Shown: one piece after another, positions 56,218 through 61,490 of the stretch
How the letters are laid out: each line of letters opens with the position of its first letter
Numbering within the stretch: the first letter of the stretch is position 1
Assembly: GCA_035544015.1 (NCBI GenBank)
Contig: DATKIP010000113.1
Coordinates: forward strand, 1-61,490
Origin: Candidatus Saccharimonadia bacterium
GTDB taxonomy: Bacteria; Patescibacteriota; Saccharimonadia; UBA4664
Length of the DNA: 61,490 nt
Direction of reading: 5' to 3'
Program-made: the position numbers and the translations under genes
The notes under the pieces: generated by a model
What the model saw: the letters and a program-made list of their open reading frames with translations, nothing else
Databases searched by the model: none
What the model was told of the DNA's origin: nothing

Positions 56218-57546
56218 CTATGCCGGTAGTCCCCAGACAGTGAGGCGGCTCGTGGTTGTCCAGAAACCGGCCGAAAGTGTCACGCGAACCAGCGTGATGG
56301 CAGCCGTGGATTCCCAGACTCCGACCGTCATGAGCGCCTGAATGGATCCGGAGGCCAGGTTGAATGACCCGTCGCACATCGCGATCACGTTTTTCCATGC
56401 TGAGGTGCCTGCGTAGCCGGGCAAATGGATACTGAACGACCCGATCAGATTGGTCGTACTGGTAGCAGCCGGCATGGAGCCAAGAGCGATGTAGTCGACC
56501 GCTCCAATGCTCTCGTCAGCGGTCGGGACCGTCGCGGATCCATAGACCCGCTGGTAGTCGTACGCACCGACTGTCGGGCTGGTCTCAAATGTCAGGCGCG
56601 TGCCCACACCAGCGGACGTGTCTGTCGATCGTCCACCGTCCAATTCTAGATACAATGAGCGGTACGCCCCGGAGATGCCGGAGAGCGCCAGGACAGCGGA
56701 CGACCCAGTGCCCACAACCTCCCCTAACTTATCGAGCGAGTTGGATGCTCCCACCGACTCGAACCCGGCGCCGGTAGCGTTGGATCGAAAATACTGCCCC
56801 GACGTTGTGGGAAAGACCGCGATTGGCGTGTTGGCGGCCGTCGCCGTGATAACCCCACCAGTCGCTGAGAGAAGTGACTGGGGCGAGGCGAGCCAGGTTG
56901 GCGCCGTGGCCCCCGCATTCATCCCGAGCACGAACCGGGCAGTACCGGGGGCCAGTCCCGTCACGCTGTTAGCCCCGGTCGCGAAGAATGTGTAGCCGGC
57001 CGTGACCGCCGCCGCTAACACACCTGATGCCCACGTCTGGCCAGTGGCGCCGGCATTCATCACGAATTCCTGGAAGGCCGTCCCCTTCGGGATGTGGGCC
57101 GGTGTGTTGGCGGCCGACGCCCCCACCAGTGAGCCCGCCGATGCCAGCAAGGACTGGAGCGATGCACTCCAGGACGGCACGCCACTTGACGAGACGATCA
57201 TGCTCTGGAACGTCGACCCGATGTTCAAGAGCGCGCTCGCGGTCCCGCCCGCGCCGTACAGCGTCTGGCCGGTCGCCGTGAACAAACTGAGCCCGGTCGC
57301 GACCACCGGGACACCGAGCGTCACGCCGGTCTTGTTGAATAGCGCGATGGTCGACGTGCCCGAGACCACTTTGAGGGCGTTGCCGGCTGAGGTCTCCTCA
57401 TTGGTGATCGTGACCGTGTACTCGGTGGCGTGGGTGGTGGTGAAGGTGGCCGACTGGTCCTTCGTGGCAGCCGTCACCCAGCGTGTGAATTGAGTGACAT
57501 GGGTGGATCGGATCGGCTGGCCTGCGGCTACCGAGACGAGAGGCAT
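56218..57546 (-). CDS. Tail fibre / receptor-binding protein, 442 aa, with an internal duplication
   Basis: Ser/Thr/Ala/Gly-rich. Duplicated segments FVMNAGATGQTWAS...PSWSASLQSLLASAGSLVGASAANTPAHIP and FVLGMNAGATAPTWLASPQSLLSATGGVITATAANTPIAVFP. Confidence 0.65.
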   Translation of the reverse strand: MPLVSVAAGQPIRSTHVTQFTRWVTAATKDQSATFTTTHATEYTVTITNEETSAGNALKVVSGTSTIALFNKTGVTLGVPVVATGLSLFTATGQTLYGAGGTASALLNIGSTFQSMIVSSSGVPSWSASLQSLLASAGSLVGASAANTPAHIPKGTAFQEFVMNAGATGQTWASGVLAAAVTAGYTFFATGANSVTGLAPGTARFVLGMNAGATAPTWLASPQSLLSATGGVITATAANTPIAVFPTTSGQYFRSNATGAGFESVGASNSLDKLGEVVGTGSSAVLALSGISGAYRSLYLELDGGRSTDTSAGVGTRLTFETSPTVGAYDYQRVYGSATVPTADESIGAVDYIALGSMPAATSTTNLIGSFSIHLPGYAGTSAWKNVIAMCDGSFNLASGSIQALMTVGVWESTAAITLVRVTLSAGFWTTTSRLTVWGLPA

Positions 57547-57734
57547 CAGCCGCTCCCTTCCTGCTCAAGCGGCGCGTGCAACTCGTCCGCACACGCCACG
57601 AGCTGCTGTCGGAGCGCCGCAACCTCAGCGTCGCGCTCGGCCAGTCGGATCTCGTAGACCAACAACTGCGCCGACACTGCGCCGTAGCGCGCGGCCAGCG
57701 CGTCCCATTCCCGTTGCCCGATCTCGATGCTCAT
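57546..57734 (-). CDS. Coiled-coil mini-protein, 62 aa (fibre assembly/chaperone-like by position)
   Basis: Track ORF that overlaps its neighbours at both ends. Confidence 0.5.
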   Translation of the reverse strand: MSIEIGQREWDALAARYGAVSAQLLVYEIRLAERDAEVAALRQQLVACADELHAPLEQEGSG

Positions 57735-58561
57735 GGGAATTTGCTGCCGCCGCCAATCGTTGCCACGTTGACCAGGAGGTTGGCGGTCCCGACATCAGTA
57801 ACCGCCTCGACGCAGCCGTAGCGGCCACTTCCGGTCGGCAGCATCATCTCGACGCCCGGCCTACCCGACGTCAGACTGGCGTAACTGGTGGAGCGGTTCA
57901 TGGCCAGCACCTGGTCAAGCGTGGTCGACGCATCCAGCGCGGCTGACACTGTCAACTTGACCCAGTACAGGCTTTCACCCGAGTACGGGATGGCGTTGAC
58001 GGCGCCGGTGATCGTCCTGAGGGTGCCGACCGTCCAGTCGGTGGGGACGGTCCATGTGATGCCACCATCGACGTTGAAGGTGGCAACCCCAGAGAACGTG
58101 CCGTCTGCGCTGGTCAGGGTGGCCATCGTCGGGCCGGTTGCCGACCAGTACGCCGTGACGGCGGTCGACGTGTTGGAGTTGGTCGCCTGCACGTCGGCGA
58201 ACACGCCACGGAACGGGAGCTCGGCGCCGACCCAGAGGGCGCCGGTGGTGGCGAGCGACGACAGCACGACCGCGCCGTTGGTCGCCTTGTTGTTCTGCGC
58301 GACCGCCGAGTAGTCGGTGACCCCGGTCGCCGTCGCGAAGTTGTCCGTGGTCTTCAGGACGCGGAGCCACGGGTTGAGGGCGTACGAGATCACGGCGGCG
58401 GTGCCGGCGTAGTTCCGCCCCTCCATGTACAGGTACTGCGAGCCCGGGGGGAACGCCTGGAACGCTGCTGCGGCCGTGGCTCCTGCCGTGATCGCATTCC
58501 CCACGGCGGCGGATGCACGGCGCCACTCCCCGAAGGGGCCATTCAGATTAGGCATGCTCAT
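57731..58561 (-). CDS. Tail/fibre-module structural protein, 276 aa
   Basis: Track ORF with beta-rich Thr/Ala/Gly composition. Confidence 0.65.
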   Translation of the reverse strand: MSMPNLNGPFGEWRRASAAVGNAITAGATAAAAFQAFPPGSQYLYMEGRNYAGTAAVISYALNPWLRVLKTTDNFATATGVTDYSAVAQNNKATNGAVVLSSLATTGALWVGAELPFRGVFADVQATNSNTSTAVTAYWSATGPTMATLTSADGTFSGVATFNVDGGITWTVPTDWTVGTLRTITGAVNAIPYSGESLYWVKLTVSAALDASTTLDQVLAMNRSTSYASLTSGRPGVEMMLPTGSGRYGCVEAVTDVGTANLLVNVATIGGGSKFP

Positions 58562-58742
58562 CGGTATCGGCTCCTTCAGGGGGGATCACGTCGCCCGAGA
58601 CGGCTGGCGGCTCGGGCGAGGGCTGCTGGTTCGCTGTGGCGATCTGGTGGCCCAGCGTGCTTGCCATCGTGGAAAGGGCGACCACCATCTCGGCGTTCGT
58701 TCGCGAGAGGCCGGCGTTCGTCAGGATGTCGATCTCGTTCAT
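58548..58742 (-). CDS. Hypothetical protein, 64 aa
   Basis: In frame with track ORF 58548..58772. The ATG at 58742 lies one nt after the fibre stop. Confidence 0.5.
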   Translation of the reverse strand: MNEIDILTNAGLSRTNAEMVVALSTMASTLGHQIATANQQPSPEPPAVSGDVIPPEGADTDEHA

Positions 58743-58743
58743 G

Positions 58744-59766
58744 TCATCTCCAAGCCGAGTAGCGGTACACATCGTTCGTCTGATTGGAGATCGCCGTGAT
58801 GCCGGCGCCGCCTTCGACCTGAAATCCAGTCGACACGAGAACAGTCGAATCGAGCACTACCAGGAAGGTGAGCGCGGTTACGCCGCTGAGGCGGGCAAAC
58901 CCGATGTTGTCGCTCCCGTTGCCGCTCAACAGGTGACATGTCGCTCGCGTGCCAGACGACGATCCGACGCTAGCGATGTACACATACTTAGGCTGGAAGC
59001 CCAGGGTGATCGTGCGCGTCGTGCTGCCGTTGCCGGTGTAGTTTCCGGTGACCACGAAGTCGTCAGCGTGCAGTCCGTCTACCATGTCGGCGTTGAAGCT
59101 CGTGGCGACGCCCGTTGAATTGGCAACGAACGGGGCGCCGGCGATGGCTGTCGAAGTGAACGTGTTCGCTATCGCCGAGCTCAAGAACGTGGCGACGCCG
59201 CTGACGTTAAGGGTGGACGCCATTGTCACGATGCCGCTGAACGTGGCCGTCGCCGCGACCACCAGGCCTGAGGACATCGTCACTGCGCCCACAACGGTCA
59301 CCGCCCCCGTCACCCGCAGTGTCCCGACCGTGGCCGCGCCCACCACGTTGAGGCTGCCCCCGAGCGAGGCCGCGCCGGTCGTCACGGTGAATCCATTGGC
59401 GACCGTGGCCGACCCGCCCATGACCACGGGTCCAGTTGTGACGGTCACCCCGCTTGCTACCGTCAGTGTGTTGACAGCGAGTAGTCCGGTGAACACGCCG
59501 GTCCCGGTGTGCGTGAACGCCCCGCCGAATGCCACGCCGGTCCCGTCAATGCGCCCGAAGTTGGTCCCGGCGATGGCGCGGAACGACAGCGCGCCGATGC
59601 CGCTGTTCTGAAGGTCCAGACCGTAGCGGTCATCGTCATTGATGCCCGTGGCGGTGGCTGCCGGCGCGCTGTTCCCGCCCAAAAACCACATCACGAGTGG
59701 ATCGACCTGATCGTAGCCTGCTTTGGCCGTGGTATCCGCGAGGGGCAATGGGCGGACAGTCGCCAT
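58744..59766 (-). CDS. Tail fibre protein, 340 aa
   Basis: A run of short beta-helix-like repeats (GVTVTTGPVVMGGSATVANGFTVTTGAASLGGSLNVVGAATVGTLRVTGAVTVVGAVTM...) is followed by FNADMVDGLHADDF, a motif common in phage fibres. RBS GGGAGG. Confidence 0.75.
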   Translation of the reverse strand: MATVRPLPLADTTAKAGYDQVDPLVMWFLGGNSAPAATATGINDDDRYGLDLQNSGIGALSFRAIAGTNFGRIDGTGVAFGGAFTHTGTGVFTGLLAVNTLTVASGVTVTTGPVVMGGSATVANGFTVTTGAASLGGSLNVVGAATVGTLRVTGAVTVVGAVTMSSGLVVAATATFSGIVTMASTLNVSGVATFLSSAIANTFTSTAIAGAPFVANSTGVATSFNADMVDGLHADDFVVTGNYTGNGSTTRTITLGFQPKYVYIASVGSSSGTRATCHLLSGNGSDNIGFARLSGVTALTFLVVLDSTVLVSTGFQVEGGAGITAISNQTNDVYRYSAWR

Positions 59767-59858
59767 TAGACTGTTCCTCCCATGCTATAATTGACGCGCG
59801 AAACCCCCGCGCCGTTGGTAGCGGCCGGGGGAGTGGCACAAGGTACTGGAGGTACCCG

Positions 59859-60332
59859 ATGCAGTCCGATGATACCACCGTCCGTATCCCGCTCCGCGCC
59901 AAGGATGGCAGCGTCCGAGCATACGCCCTGATTGATGCTGACGATGCTGACTTCGTCAACCAGTGGGAATGGCACTTTGCCAGCAACTACGCTGTCAGGA
60001 ACGAGCGATTCGGTGACAGTGGGTGGCGCCAGATCTTCATGCACCGAGAGATCCTGGACTTGCCGAGGCTCTCGAAGTACCGTGGCCCGGTTGGAGATCA
60101 CATCAATCGGGACAAACTCGACAACCGTCGTGCTAACCTGAGAGCCGTCAGCAAGAGCGAAGACGCGCAGAATGGCCCCCCTCGCGGAGGAACGTCGGCC
60201 ACGCCCGGAGTCAACTGGCACAAGCGACAACGAAAATGGATCGCGCGCGTCAGGGTAGGCGATGCAAGGCGCCACCTGGGATCTTTCGATACAGAGGAGG
60301 CGGCCTCCGCCGCAATCAAGGCGATGGGGTAG
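59859..60332 (+). mobile_element. Free-standing HNH (HNH_3) + AP2-domain homing-endonuclease gene, 157 aa, on the opposite strand between tail genes
   Basis: GDHINRDKLDNRRANLR is the HNH_3 motif and GVNWHKRQRKWIARVRVGDARRHLGSFDTEEAASAA is AP2-like. The ATG at 59859 has GGAGG 6 nt upstream. TATAAT lies at 59786-59791. Confidence 0.8.
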
Positions 60333-60342
60333 GCTATGCAGC

Positions 60343-61490
60343 TTAGGCGACATAAGCCGCCTCCGAGTCGTACACGCTCCCATCGTTGTAAGCCGGCTCG
60401 CGGGCAAGCACGGTGAACCGGATCGTGGCTTCGATCTGCCAGTGGTCGCTGTCCTTGACCTCGCGCTCTTTCCAGACCGCGCCCTGCTCCAGCGCGATCG
60501 TGTACGTCGTGTTTTTCCAGTCGACGATGGTGGCCGGGCGCGGCCCTTGCGCCGCGATCAACACCTCCCACGTCGCCTGCGGGTTACTGGTCGTGTCGTA
60601 CGTGCTATCGCGGAGTTTAATGCCCGTCCCGAAGCGGAACCGGCCTTGGTAGACCGTGCTGGCCTTGATGCCCTCCCCCGCCCACAGCGTGTACGCGCGC
60701 AAGATCGGCGGCGTGGTCCCGGACCCGGCCAGGAAGTCGATCGAGGGTGCAACCTGCCGACCGTTGATGTCGTCGACGATCCGCGCCTCGGTGTACGGGC
60801 TCTCGGTGACGGTGGCGCCGAGCTGTACCCGGGTCTCTTTGTCGGTCGAGACGTACGGCGTCAGGTACGACGTGTCCGAGCACGACTCCGAGACCACCGC
60901 CACCTGGCGGACCGCCTTCTGAGCGTGCACACCCTGGCTCCAGGGATTCGACGACAGGTACAGCGTGCAGGTATCCGTACGGGCTCTCCACGGGCCGCCG
61001 GAGGCCAGTTCCTGGAGGATGTTGCCGTTCCTGGGGAGCGACATCCAGTACAGGTGCGTGGTCGTGTCGGCAGCGTTCCGGGTGCCGACCCACATCCTCG
61101 GATTGCCGCCGGGAGCGGCCATCTTCAGCCAGGTGATCTTCTCGCCCTCGATCACCAGCGGGCAGGAGTGCCAGACGAAGTTGGTGATGCCCGGTTGCCC
61201 TGGCACAGCCTCGCGGGGCTTCCCGAAACTGACGTACGACGTCTGGCGCACTGTGTCGTACTGGCAGTAGACGATCCAGTCCTTGTACCGGCAGATCGCC
61301 GATCCGTCGCCAGCGACGGGGGTCTCGTTCGGGAGGTCCGAGCCCGGACCGACTGAGAACGGCTGGTCGTTCAGTTGACCGTCAAGTCCCTGGAGCATGT
61401 CGAGGTCGGACAGGACGTTGGTGTACATTCGCCCCTGGACGATCACCGCGTTGGCGCCGTTCGTGGCGTTGACAACGTCTTCCCAGTAAG
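60343..61490 (-). CDS. 3' part of the 679-aa tail protein that starts at 1030 (unique part 60343..61349; 61350..61490 duplicates 1..141)
   Basis: Track ORF 60343..61446 begins inside the terminal repeat only because the window is cut there. The frame stays open to the window edge and is in phase with 1..1030. Confidence 0.75.
   Translation of the reverse strand, partial: YWEDVVNATNGANAVIVQGRMYTNVLSDLDMLQGLDGQLNDQPFSVGPGSDLPNETPVAGDGSAICRYKDWIVYCQYDTVRQTSYVSFGKPREAVPGQPGITNFVWHSCPLVIEGEKITWLKMAAPGGNPRMWVGTRNAADTTTHLYWMSLPRNGNILQELASGGPWRARTDTCTLYLSSNPWSQGVHAQKAVRQVAVVSESCSDTSYLTPYVSTDKETRVQLGATVTESPYTEARIVDDINGRQVAPSIDFLAGSGTTPPILRAYTLWAGEGIKASTVYQGRFRFGTGIKLRDSTYDTTSNPQATWEVLIAAQGPRPATIVDWKNTTYTIALEQGAVWKEREVKDSDHWQIEATIRFTVLAREPAYNDGSVYDSEAAYVA
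61350..61490. repeat. Terminal direct repeat copy 2 (identical to 1..141)
   Basis: Exact 141-nt identity with the start of the window. Confidence 0.9.

Overview
The window is one complete, visibly GC-rich tailed-phage genome. Bases 1-141 recur exactly at 61350-61490, so the unique sequence is 61,349 bp and closes into a circle. The junction falls inside a 679-aa tail gene. I count roughly 110 protein genes, most on the minus strand, packed tightly with many ATGA/GTGA/TGATG stop-start overlaps, plus 6 tRNAs.

Minus-strand order, read downward from about 49.4 kb:
- An early block with an RHH regulator, a SLOG/DUF2493-like protein and small ORFans.
- A 5-tRNA array.
- A cI/Cro-like divergent switch (XRE repressor on +, RHH on -) with recognisable back-to-back promoters.
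- A PP-loop/PAPS-reductase-like enzyme.
- A chain of Cys-rich mini-proteins.
- A C5 and a DPPY-type DNA methyltransferase, then RecT, a Toprim/zinc-finger primase, a RecA-fold helicase and RusA.
- A strong terminator, then small and large terminase and portal.
- Very large internal/ejection-type virion proteins, one with an SLT domain. A TPR-GT41 (OGT/SPINDLY-like) glycosyltransferase and an SDR oxidoreductase are embedded among them.
- Scaffold, major capsid protein, tail proteins (across the junction), fibres, and a lysis cassette with a GH19 + C39-like endolysin.

A 3.5-kb plus-strand arm (49.5-53.0 kb) carries 11 small ORFans. I saw no integrase, DNA polymerase, CRISPR array or rRNA.

The features that most deserve a second look:
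1. A Tat-signal protein and a second ORF just upstream of portal both carry copies of the capsid N-arm.
2. The OGT-like glycosyltransferase and the SDR sit inside the virion operon.
3. Two class-I-shaped tRNAs carry leucine anticodons, and an unassigned 107-nt spacer lies in the same array.
4. A second tRNA-Cys lies antisense inside the structural operon.
5. The C5-methyltransferase motifs are split over two reading frames.
6. A cluster of the 12-bp palindrome GACGCATGCGTC lies next to the helicase gene.

All function calls come from motif recognition by eye. No searches were run.
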